From Candidatus Bathyarchaeota archaeon (GTDB taxonomy: Archaea > Thermoproteota > Bathyarchaeia > Bathyarchaeales > Bathycorpusculaceae), in the NCBI GenBank assembly GCA_963780185.1, contig CAWABA010000006.1:224001-288000 (forward strand): 64,000 nucleotides of DNA, read 5' to 3'. The translations under genes and the position numbers were made by a program. This document shows, piece after piece, positions 11,374 to 20,120 of the stretch. The first letter of the stretch is position 1. Each line of letters opens with the position of its first letter. The notes under the pieces were generated by a model that had not been told where the DNA came from, made no database searches, and saw only the letters and a program-made list of their open reading frames with translations.

Positions 11374-11651
11374 TTTTTTCTTTTCTCCTATTCGTGTTTA
11401 TTTAGCGTTAGGAATAAGCATGTTGATTAGCTCTTCCCAACATTTAGGAACTTGTGTTTTTAGCTATTATAACTTGCGGAAATCTCCTTCCTCGTTATGA
11501 CCTCGATCTTAAAATTTAGCCTTAAATCAACATCTGAGTGCTAATTCATTAAACTGAGCTTTAAAAAAGAATGATAGTTAAAAAAGAGGAGAGCCGCGTG
11601 GCAACTTTGCGGGTTTTGCTAAGGTTGTTCATCTGCTGATGGGACGCGCGG

Positions 11652-12647
11652 CTAATTCAAGGGGTCTTTTTCGTGACTTTTTTGGCGTTCTTTACCTTGG
11701 GGGTGCATTCTCGCATTCCTATTCATGATTTGTTTTACCACAGCTACCACAGCTACCAAAACAATCACCGCTATCACTGCCGCAACCGCAAACGGGAAGA
11801 TGTTTGAAATGTTGGATTTTGGGTTTGAAGATGGATGCGTGTTTGGTTTGTCAGTTGGTCCAGTGGTTCCTGTGGCTTGAGGAGATGCTATGGGTGCGGT
11901 TCCCTGAAGAATCGGTCCCGAGGTCTGAACTAGCAGCTGGTATTTCTTGATTTGCAAGGCGGCTGGGACAACTGACTGGTTCAAGTCAAAGGCGGAAATT
12001 TGGAACGTTGTCGTGTTACCTGGAACTAGAACCGTAGGGTTAAGGTAATTTGTATATCCTACGCCTACCACGGCGCCCGAAGAGTTGAAGAAGGCTCCGA
12101 CAACAGTAAGTTTTGTTGCTGACTGGGTGCCTGTGTTTTTTATTACTCCGTTAACGCTGTAGGCGCCGTTGTATTCTCCGGTGGTTCCGATTGAACCTTT
12201 GCTGCTTGTTATTTCTAATCCTTGGTATTGGTAGCTGCTTGTCTCGTTAGCCGAGGCAACTTTGACCGAGAAACTGGATATTTCACCGTCTGCGGCTGCT
12301 TGGTACCAAGCTGTGTCTTGGATATTGTGAGGCGAGGGGAATTCCATGTAGAACGGGGCTTGTTGCTGGGGTAGTAAGTCGGATACCCAGACTTGGGCTA
12401 CTGAATCGCCTAAATCAATGTCGCCTGCTCCCACTACTGTTCCCGACAGCACAACTGTTGAAATCGCGTTAGCTCCATTATTTTGGACGAGTCCGACAAC
12501 TTCAAGGTACCCTTCTGGATCAATGTACCAGCTGTAGTTTATGATTTTGACGTTATCTACTTGGCTAAACGTTTTTGGGACTGCAGCTAAACCTAAAGAC
12601 AACAGTAACAACGCAATACACAAATAAACTATCCTCTTCCCCATCAA
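11652..12647 (-). CDS. Secreted FxLYD-type repeat protein with membrane anchor
   Basis: Two repeats (GLVQNNG..; GVIKNTG..VVGAFFNSSGAVVG..L.PG.TTTF), signal peptide, C-terminal TM. Confidence 0.7.
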   Translation of the reverse strand: MMGKRIVYLCIALLLLSLGLAAVPKTFSQVDNVKIINYSWYIDPEGYLEVVGLVQNNGANAISTVVLSGTVVGAGDIDLGDSVAQVWVSDLLPQQQAPFYMEFPSPHNIQDTAWYQAAADGEISSFSVKVASANETSSYQYQGLEITSSKGSIGTTGEYNGAYSVNGVIKNTGTQSATKLTVVGAFFNSSGAVVGVGYTNYLNPTVLVPGNTTTFQISAFDLNQSVVPAALQIKKYQLLVQTSGPILQGTAPIASPQATGTTGPTDKPNTHPSSNPKSNISNIFPFAVAAVIAVIVLVAVVAVVKQIMNRNARMHPQGKERQKSHEKDPLN

Positions 12648-12856
12648 ACTTCCCTGTCCGAATTAGATTCAATAACGCATCCTAGCAACCTTGTACTATA
12701 AAACTTTTTTTCAAAATTCACACCAAACCCCTCCAGAAAAGTGACCTCAGAATGCTTCCCTCCTGAAAAACATCACATTAAGATTAAATTCTGCGTCAGG
12801 ATTAGAAAATAGGGTTGACTGAGAATGGCTAAAGAAACCCAAGTGAAGGCTAAAGC

Positions 12857-13879
12857 TTGAAGGACACAGCATTGGCCAAAGTTCTTGCCCTGCTACTGAT
12901 TACGATCGCTGTTGCAGATGGCTTAGGCGCATACCTCGCATTCCAACCGACACCTGAAAAAGACAGCGGGGCGCCCTCTCCGACGCATTCGCCTACACCC
13001 ACGCTTAGCCCTTCCTCAGCACCGACGTCAACGCCAACCTCAACCCCGACCCCCACCGCCGAACCAACTTTAACTCCAACCCCAACCACGGCGCCAACCC
13101 CTACCCCAACGCCTGAACCAACCGAAGCTCCATCTCCAACACCGACAGCCACACCTACTCCTACGCCTGCACCGACGCCTCCGCCAAACTCGACGGCAGC
13201 ATATAACTGGGCAGGCTACGTCGCCTACTCTGACCCTCAAAACCCTCAACCCACCGTAACAAGCGTCAACGCTTCATGGATAGTGCCCACAGTAACACCA
13301 ACCACAGGTAACACGTACTCTGCCATCTGGATAGGCATAGGAGGAGTAACCAGCGCACCCTTCAACGACAGCACGCTTATCCAGTGCGGCACCGAGCAAG
13401 ATTGGAACGTGCGGTTTGGGCGCGGTTCAGCGTCCTACTCCGCTTGGTATGAACTTCTTCCAAACTACACGATGCCCATTTCCATGGCTATTTCAGCCGG
13501 AGACCAGATGCAGGCTTCAATCCAGCTTCAGAACGGAACAGCCAACCAATGGGTCATCAACGTAACCGACACCACGACCTCGCGGACATTTCAGACAACT
13601 GTCACCTACAACTCGAGCCAGTTGACCGCTGAATGGATAATGGAAAGACCAACCGTAAACCAAGTCCTTACACAATTGACGAATTTCGGAAACGTAACTT
13701 TCACAGGCTGCAACGCGACTATCGGGTCCAGCAGTGGCGACATCAACAGTTTTCCGTGGGAAGCCTTCACCATGTATTCCGCAGCCACCTCTGGAGGCTC
13801 AAATGTGCAGCTGACTGACGTCTCCGACCTCACGACGGACGGCTCAGGTTTCACAGTGTACTGGCTTGCGTCGGGATAG
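12857..13879 (+). CDS. G1 family glutamic endopeptidase with N-terminal anchor and Pro/Thr stalk
   Basis: NWAGY, ASWIVPTV, SAIWIGIGG, LIQCGT (catalytic Q), AWYELLP, AEWIMERP (catalytic E). Confidence 0.88.
   Translation: MKDTALAKVLALLLITIAVADGLGAYLAFQPTPEKDSGAPSPTHSPTPTLSPSSAPTSTPTSTPTPTAEPTLTPTPTTAPTPTPTPEPTEAPSPTPTATPTPTPAPTPPPNSTAAYNWAGYVAYSDPQNPQPTVTSVNASWIVPTVTPTTGNTYSAIWIGIGGVTSAPFNDSTLIQCGTEQDWNVRFGRGSASYSAWYELLPNYTMPISMAISAGDQMQASIQLQNGTANQWVINVTDTTTSRTFQTTVTYNSSQLTAEWIMERPTVNQVLTQLTNFGNVTFTGCNATIGSSSGDINSFPWEAFTMYSAATSGGSNVQLTDVSDLTTDGSGFTVYWLASG
12975..13185 (+). repeat. Pro/Thr/Ser low-complexity linker coding tract
   Basis: (PT)n-type repeats; similar tracts near 20250-20420, 23290-23440, 36220-36300, 58690-58790. 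Confidence 0.8.
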
Positions 13880-13948
13880 AGGATACGTATTGTTGATGCA
13901 TAAAGCGTATAAGAGTTTGCTTGGCATTACCTCAAGCTGTGAAGCAAC

Positions 13949-15880
13949 TTGAAAAGAAAAACCATATCAACGGTGATTGCAGTAATCTTCATGGTTTGCC
14001 TAACATTTCCAGTTTTTGTCGGAACTCTAAACGTCACAAGAGCAGATAATCAAAGCAGCGATTCAAACGGCGATCCGAACACGTGGTCCATGTTCCACAG
14101 CGATCTCACACACTCCGGGGTCTCAGCCTCAAACGGTCCAACCACAAACCAGACGTTGTGGACGTTCAAAGCCGCCAATGAAATTATTTCTTCACCCGCG
14201 GTTTGTGGAGGAGTGGTTTACTTTGGCTCAAACGGCTACGGCTTAAGCGACAACACTATCTACGCCGTCAACTCGACAACGGGTGTGCAAATTTGGAATT
14301 TCACGACTGGTGGGCAAATAGACTGGTCTTCCCCGGCAATAGCTGGAGGCTTAGTTTACATGGGATCTGAGGACGGTCACCTGTATGCATTAAACGTCCT
14401 AACCGGCGTTCAAGCTTGGAACTACAGCTTAAATGCCAACGCCTACATAGATTCCCCCGCGGTCTCAAACGGAATAGTCTATTTCGGCGCAAGTATGGGA
14501 TTTGGCTTGTTTGCGGTAAATGCCACAACGGGCGCCTACCTGTGGAATTACACCTTAACAGCCAGCACTGGTGTTGGTGACGTCCAATCTTGCCCCGCTA
14601 TCTCAGGAGGAACAGTTTACGTCGGAACCACATTGCCCGACGACAGCATGGTCGCTCTGAGCGCTTCATCGAACCACGTTAACTGGCAAGTAAACATAAT
14701 GAACCAAGTTGATTCTTCTCCAGCCGTTTACAACGGAGAAGTCTATGTGGGCGCACCAGACTCGTCAGGACACACCTACCTAGACGCTTTCAACGCTGGA
14801 ACCGGCAACCTTGATTGGCAGTTCAAGACTAGTGCATGGGTTGAATCTTCCCCCGCCGTTTACAACGGTGTAATCTACGTGAATTGCGATGACGGTAACG
14901 TTTCTGCCATAAGCATAGCGACGCACAGTCTAGTTTGGAGTTACAAAATGGGCGGCTTTGCGGAGAAGTCATCGTCTCCAGCAATTGCAAACGGCGTCGT
15001 CTACGTGGGTTCCAATGACCACAACGTTTACGCTTTTAACCTGACGACGGGCACGTTGATATGGAAGTACCTTACAGGCTACTCGGTGGTTTCGTCTCCA
15101 GCAGTTGCCGGCGGCAAAGTCTACGTGGGTTCATTGGACGATTACATGTACTGTTTTGGGCAGCCACCGTTAGCGGCGCCTTCAGTTGCTCCTTCCTCTG
15201 GCGTCATCGACCAAGGCCAAACCTCCGTCTTAACTTCAACCGCGGTAACTACAGGCAATTCTCCTTATACTTGCATGTGGTTCAGCAAAGGACCCGGCGC
15301 ATCAGCTTACTCGCTAATAAGCGGCGCATCTCTATCCAGCTTCAACTTCGCCACCACAGCCTATACAACTCCTGGCACTTGGAATTTTATTCTTCAAGTA
15401 ACCGACATCACCCCAACCGCAGTTAACTGCACCGCAGCCTCAGTCACTGTCAACCCTGCCTTGGCTGCCCCAACGGTGACTCCCTCCTCCAACACACTGA
15501 ACCAAGGAGACACCGCAACCTTGACATCCACCACTGTGACAACGGGGACGTCCCCCTACTCTTATCAATGGCTCAGCGAAGCACCAGGAACATCCTCCTA
15601 TTCTCTGGTTGCTGCCACCTCTTCAAGCTACAATTTCACGACTCCGTCGTCTACTGCGACAGGCACTTGGAACTTCATACTTCAAACAACAGACAACGCG
15701 GGCGCAGCAGTGAACTCTACCGCCGTCTCCGTAGTGGTGAATCCGCTGACGTTGCCCGAGTCACCCCAATTGCTCATAGTCTTCTCGGTCGCGTTGGCAC
15801 TTGTGACGATAGTAGCGACTTTCGCGACGAAGAAAATTAATGGAGACACCGTGCAGAGAAAACAGGCTTTTTCTGAGTAG
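13949..15880 (+). CDS. PQQ-like beta-propeller repeat surface protein with two Ig-like domains and PEF-CTERM-like tail
   Basis: WSMFHSD, repeated SSPAV..G.VY.GS..W units, two LAAP.V.PSS Ig-like repeats, LPES+TM+KK. Confidence 0.85.
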   Translation: MKRKTISTVIAVIFMVCLTFPVFVGTLNVTRADNQSSDSNGDPNTWSMFHSDLTHSGVSASNGPTTNQTLWTFKAANEIISSPAVCGGVVYFGSNGYGLSDNTIYAVNSTTGVQIWNFTTGGQIDWSSPAIAGGLVYMGSEDGHLYALNVLTGVQAWNYSLNANAYIDSPAVSNGIVYFGASMGFGLFAVNATTGAYLWNYTLTASTGVGDVQSCPAISGGTVYVGTTLPDDSMVALSASSNHVNWQVNIMNQVDSSPAVYNGEVYVGAPDSSGHTYLDAFNAGTGNLDWQFKTSAWVESSPAVYNGVIYVNCDDGNVSAISIATHSLVWSYKMGGFAEKSSSPAIANGVVYVGSNDHNVYAFNLTTGTLIWKYLTGYSVVSSPAVAGGKVYVGSLDDYMYCFGQPPLAAPSVAPSSGVIDQGQTSVLTSTAVTTGNSPYTCMWFSKGPGASAYSLISGASLSSFNFATTAYTTPGTWNFILQVTDITPTAVNCTAASVTVNPALAAPTVTPSSNTLNQGDTATLTSTTVTTGTSPYSYQWLSEAPGTSSYSLVAATSSSYNFTTPSSTATGTWNFILQTTDNAGAAVNSTAVSVVVNPLTLPESPQLLIVFSVALALVTIVATFATKKINGDTVQRKQAFSE

Positions 15881-15990
15881 CGGCGGGCAGGGGTCCCCGA
15901 ACCCCGGGCATGGGCTGTTTGCGCTTTTTTGAGGCTTTTGAGTTGCTAGCCTGTGTACTAGTGCGGTTAAAAATGGCTTTGCAGGGCAGT

Positions 15991-16040
15991 TTGGTGCTAC
16001 GGGCAGGAGCTGGAACCTGCGAACGTCTACGGGAAAGAAT
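15991..16040 (-). repeat. Degenerate direct repeat of the tRNA-Leu 3' exon (att-like)
   Basis: About 40/50 nt match to 16733-16781 by hand alignment, including acceptor stem 3' strand and CCA. Confidence 0.8.
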
Positions 16041-16063
16041 CATCCATTAGTTGCTATAGTTAT

Positions 16064-16306
16064 TTATCGTCGAAATTCTTCTTCAGCCTTGTCGAGTTGT
16101 TTTTCCAATGTTTCTTTGTACTTGTCAACTTGGTTTTCCTTTACGTCATCGTCTTGGCTGGCATCACAAAACTTCAATAATTCTTTGTCGCTTAGGTTAA
16201 CCAAGGTTTCGGCAAGTTTTTCGAAGAGCTTGCGAATTTCTAAAAGCTCCGAAGCTATCACCTTGAGGTCTCTTTTATCCTGCTCTGTCAAGACTGGTTT
16301 AACCAA
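16064..16306 (-). CDS. Antitoxin-like protein, paralog of 16420-16653
   Basis: VLTEQDKRDLKVIASEL..ETLVNLSDKELL aligns with the neighbour's VFTDEDKKNLKVLAEEL..ETLDILSDEKLM. Confidence 0.6.
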   Translation of the reverse strand: MVKPVLTEQDKRDLKVIASELLEIRKLFEKLAETLVNLSDKELLKFCDASQDDDVKENQVDKYKETLEKQLDKAEEEFRR

Positions 16307-16378
16307 CTAAGCCACCAAGCGAACGATTACCTTTTACATGGGTTAGGCTTACTAAAATTTTCCTATAAAAATTCTGGA

Positions 16379-16436
16379 TTATTTGAATCTCTTGAGAAAT
16401 TCTCTAAGTGAAGATGAGCTCAAAGTTCTTTTTCAT
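16379..16436 (-). pseudogene. RelE/ParE-like toxin N-terminal remnant
   Basis: ATG inside the antitoxin 3' end gives MKKNFELIFT, then after one extra base REFLKRFK*; resembles the RelE beta1-alpha1 start. Confidence 0.5.
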
Positions 16437-16653
16437 CGATGCTCAGCTCTTCTAACATTTTTTTGTAGCTAAGCACTTTGTTTTTTCTGCGGTCTTTTAG
16501 GCTCCTGTCAACGCTCTTCATCAGTTTCTCGTCGCTTAAAATATCCAGCGTTTCCATGAGTTCTTCCACAACTGTACGAAGTTTTGGAAGCTCCTCTGCT
16601 AAGACCTTGAGATTTTTCTTGTCCTCATCTGTGAATACCGCTTCAACCAACAC
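16420..16653 (-). CDS. Type II antitoxin-like protein (RelB/YefM-type C-terminus)
   Basis: ETLDILSDEKLMKSVDRSLKD..KNKV pattern typical of RelE-neutralising segments; acidic tail; overlaps a toxin-like stub. Confidence 0.65.
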   Translation of the reverse strand: MLVEAVFTDEDKKNLKVLAEELPKLRTVVEELMETLDILSDEKLMKSVDRSLKDRRKNKVLSYKKMLEELSIDEKEL

Positions 16654-16733
16654 AATTCACCAATCGAATAATCTCTACAGTAGTTCTTCAGAAATAAAAT
16701 TTCCTCAATAAAACTCTGGGGTTTGAGATTTGT

Positions 16734-16883
16734 TGGTGCTGCGGGCAGGATTCGAACCTGCGAACCCCTGAGGGAAAGGATTTCCCATCGAGGCCTTTGC
16801 CGGCCAAATGTTAGATCTTGAGTCCTTAGTGGAACACGCCGATGCGTATTCTTTCACCTTTGACCTGGCTTGGTTACCGCAGC
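16734..16883 (-). tRNA. tRNA-Leu(CAA) with two introns (16826-16852 at 28/29; 16782-16816 at 37/38), CCA encoded
   Basis: Removing both introns gives 88 nt: GCTGCGG TA ACC AAGCCAGGTCAAA GGT G AAGGA CTCAAGA TCCTT TCCCTCAGGGGTTC GCAGG TTCGAAT CCTGC CCGCAGC A CCA. Confidence 0.93.
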
Positions 16884-16944
16884 CCGATGCAGCTAAAAAT
16901 GTTTGGGTTCTGTCTTATTAATCATTTCCATCCGTTGGCAAGGG

Positions 16945-18728
16945 TTAGATGACTTTTTCTAGGTCAGTGATGAAGCGCTCAAACACTTTCAAGCCGCCCC
17001 TCCAGAAGCCTGGGTCCGCCACGTCTAAGCCGACGATTTTGCCGATTTCCACAGGTGAAACGCTGCTGCCAGCCGCCAACGCCTGCTCCAGCTTTGGAAC
17101 AAACGTTTTGCCTTCCTCAAGGTACCGTTCGTACAGTGAGTAGACGAACATTTGGGCGTACACGTAGGGGTAGTTGTAGAAACGGTAGTTTGACATGAAA
17201 TAGTGCGGCTTCATGGTCCACTCTGCCTCCATTTCGGGGAACCAGGCGACGGCGTCGCCGAAGATGCGGTCCCGCGCCCCTGTCCAGTGCCTGCAGATGG
17301 TTGGGTAGTCGAGGTATTCGCCGTTCTGAATTGAATTGTAGAGTGCCTGCTCAAACCACACCCGTGCCGTAACCTGAAACGCCGTCATCCCCGCCTCATC
17401 AAGGACAAGGCATAGCACCGCTTTTCTCTTCTGAGTTGATTTTGCTTCGTTAGCATGAGGTCGGTTAGGAGGAGTTCGCCGAAGATAGATGCGGTCTCCG
17501 CCACACTGGACGGCACACCCGTATTCATCAGAGTCTGGCTCCGAGACATGTAAAAATCATGCGTGGCATGCCCCAACTCATGCGCCAACGTGAAAACATC
17601 GCTCAAAGATCCATTAAAACTGTCCAAAACAAACGCGGATTTGCCATTGTACCAGCTTGCACAGAAAGCGCCGTTTCGTTTCCCAAACTTAGGCGTTGCG
17701 TCAATTCGCCTCTGCGCAAACATTTCTTTTACCGCCGTCGCGTATTGTGGGTCAAAGTGGCTGTACGCTTTGACGATTAGGTTTCTTGCTTCTTCAAAGG
17801 TGAATTTCTGTTCAGTTGAATCTGGCAGGGGAGCTACGATGTCGTGGTTACCCAGCTGCGGCAGCCCCATAAGTTTCGCCTTCAGTTTAAGATAGCGACG
17901 GTAAACGTCAGCGTTTTTTTCTATGGCGTTCAGCAGGTTATTAACTATCGTCTCTTCGGTATCATTGTTTAGGAGGCTTGACTCCATGGGCGATGCGTAT
18001 TTGCGGCGTTTGGACATCGTGACCCAGTCGTTACAAATGTTCCGTAATGCTGACGCAAAGATTTCGCCGTCTTTGCCGAGCAAACCGTAGATTGAACGGT
18101 TAGCTGATTCTCGTGTTGCCCTGTCTGGATGGGGCAGCAACCCGTTGGCTTCACCGTAATTAAGCGTTTTCTTTTCCCCTTTTACGACTACATCGAACAT
18201 TCGGGTGTTAAGCCATTTGCTCTGCAGTTCCTCCCAACCCTGCACCCCGAACTGGTCTTTCTCAATGATGAGTTGCTCCTCCACTTCGCTTAACTGGTGG
18301 GGCACACGCCTCTGGACGCGTTCCAGCATATGACGGTACTTCGCCAAAACGGGGGCAGCAATCAACTCGGGCTTGGCTTTGACGAGAGCGCCTAACTCTA
18401 ACGAAAAGAAAGCCAATTGTTTTCCCAACTGTGCTTCAAGCTTGCTTACCTTATCGTAAAGCGCCTGCACCTTTGGCAGGGTCATGTTGGCTGAGAAAGA
18501 AAGGCTTGCAAAAAGGGAAATGTCGCCCGACTTAACATCAAAAGCCTCTAGTTCTCGCAGGCATTTGTGCAGTTCGGCTGGGTCAAGCTGGCTTATTTTT
18601 CCACGGTAAGCTTTCTCGAAGGCATCGGCGAAAGCTTTTGCTTCGTTAATTGCTTTTTCAACAGACGGGTCATTAACGCTTGAAAAGAGGACTGTTAAGT
18701 CCCATGAAACTTCATCAGTTTTCGACAT
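16945..18728 (-). pseudogene. pepF: M3B oligoendopeptidase F, one frameshift near 17447 as assembled
   Basis: VSWDL start, KRNGAFC, TLAHELGHATH, AETASIFGE, then PHYF..FYNYPY in the second ORF; one missing base restores LTKAKSTQKRKAVL. Confidence 0.85.
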
Positions 18729-18812
18729 TTTCTCACCGTAAATCGTAAACTCAACGTATTCATTGAATTTACTTCTTTCTCATAATCACTTCAGCAGAGC
18801 TGTGGATCCAAT

Positions 18813-19011
18813 TTATTCTTCAGTTCTTTTCTTAAATACTTTCCATACCACAACCATTGACAAAAAGAGCTAGAAGACTCACTGTGAGTGACAGCACAAG
18901 TGAAAGAGAGTTCGTTCCAACGGCTAACGACACAGTACCCAGAACTCCAATAACAAACAAAGCGACAAATATCATCCATACAGCTTGCTTAAAACCTGTC
19001 TCTAACCCCAA
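18813..19011 (-). CDS. Small two-TM membrane protein with one extra base in a homopolymer (~18864)
   Basis: TTG start, MGLETGFKQAVWMIFVALFVIGVLG...LLAL|LSMVVVWKVFKKRTEE*. Confidence 0.5.
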
Positions 19012-19199
19012 ATATTCAAACCCCTGATGCCTTTACGCTAACCTGCTTTTGTCGATTTAAACATTGATTATTTGAGATTCATTTTAAAACTCCCAACGCA
19101 GCTTGTTTGGTACGTGCGTTGATTGATTCTAGCCTTAATCGCTTGTCACTTTACCGCAAAAGTAAAAACACTATATGACGGATACATTAGAGAACATAC

Positions 19200-20084
19200 A
19201 TGCTAACCCACCACAAAATAATCCTCGGCAACAGCCAGAAAATGCCCGAACTAGCCGACGGCAGCGTTCACCTAATGGTTACTTCGCCGCCTTACCCCAT
19301 GATACAGATGTGGGATAAAATCTTCTGTGAAGCCAACCCAAAAATCGCCGCCCTCTGGCGAGAACTTGAAGCCGACGGCAAAGGCGAAACGGTAGCGCAA
19401 ATTTACGACGTCATGCATGATTACCTCAGCAAAGTTTGGCAGGAAACCTACCGCGTCCTCGTAGACGGCGGCATAGCATGCATAAACATCGGCGATGCAA
19501 CCCGCCGCTTAAACGGCAGGTTCCAGCTTTTTCCCAACCATGCCCGCATAACGGAAATATGCGAAAAAATAGGGTTCACGACGCTGCCGTACATTCTTTG
19601 GAAGAAACCAACGACGAAACCCAAGTACAAGGGCAAAGGCGCTTTCCTCGGCTCAGGTTTTTTGCCTCCGAATGCTTACGTGACTTTGGACTGCGAGTTT
19701 ATTCTGCTTTTCCGCAAAGGCAACTTACGCAAGTTTCCGTCCCACGACAAGCAGCGATACAAAAGCGCTTTCACCAAGCCCCAGCGGGATGAGTGGTTTA
19801 GCCAAATTTGGGCTTTGAAGGGTCTGCGTCAGACCACAAGTGAGTTGGAGCGGAGAACCGCAGCTTACCCAGACGAAATTGCTTATCGACTCATCAAAAT
19901 GTTCAGCATTGAAGGCGATACGGTGCTTGATCCATTCTTAGGCTCAGGAACAACGGCGAAAGTGGCGATGCAGAACGAACGCAATAGTGTAGGATATGAA
20001 ATTGACCAAAATTTGCTTCCGTTAATAACCCAAAAGACCGAAAACAAAAAGGGAAGAGTAGCCTTCGAAGTAGTCAAACGTTAG
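19200..20084 (+). CDS. Orphan beta-class amino DNA methyltransferase (probably m4C)
   Basis: TSPPY near N-terminus, DPFLGSGTT near C-terminus. Confidence 0.88.
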   Translation: MLTHHKIILGNSQKMPELADGSVHLMVTSPPYPMIQMWDKIFCEANPKIAALWRELEADGKGETVAQIYDVMHDYLSKVWQETYRVLVDGGIACINIGDATRRLNGRFQLFPNHARITEICEKIGFTTLPYILWKKPTTKPKYKGKGAFLGSGFLPPNAYVTLDCEFILLFRKGNLRKFPSHDKQRYKSAFTKPQRDEWFSQIWALKGLRQTTSELERRTAAYPDEIAYRLIKMFSIEGDTVLDPFLGSGTTAKVAMQNERNSVGYEIDQNLLPLITQKTENKKGRVAFEVVKR

Positions 20085-20120
20085 TTGCCTGAATGTGCAA
20101 ACGGGTAGCTTTGAAGAGTT

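Larger units (their letters stand above)
15991..16781. mobile_element. Decayed tRNA-integrated islet (no integrase left)
   Basis: Bounded by the tRNA 3' exon and its degenerate repeat; cargo is TA-like genes. Confidence 0.5.

Noticed and set aside
12975-13185. Repetitive tracts as CRISPR or DGR repeats
   Set aside because: They encode Pro/Thr linkers; no repeat-spacer periodicity, cas gene or reverse transcriptase seen in the window
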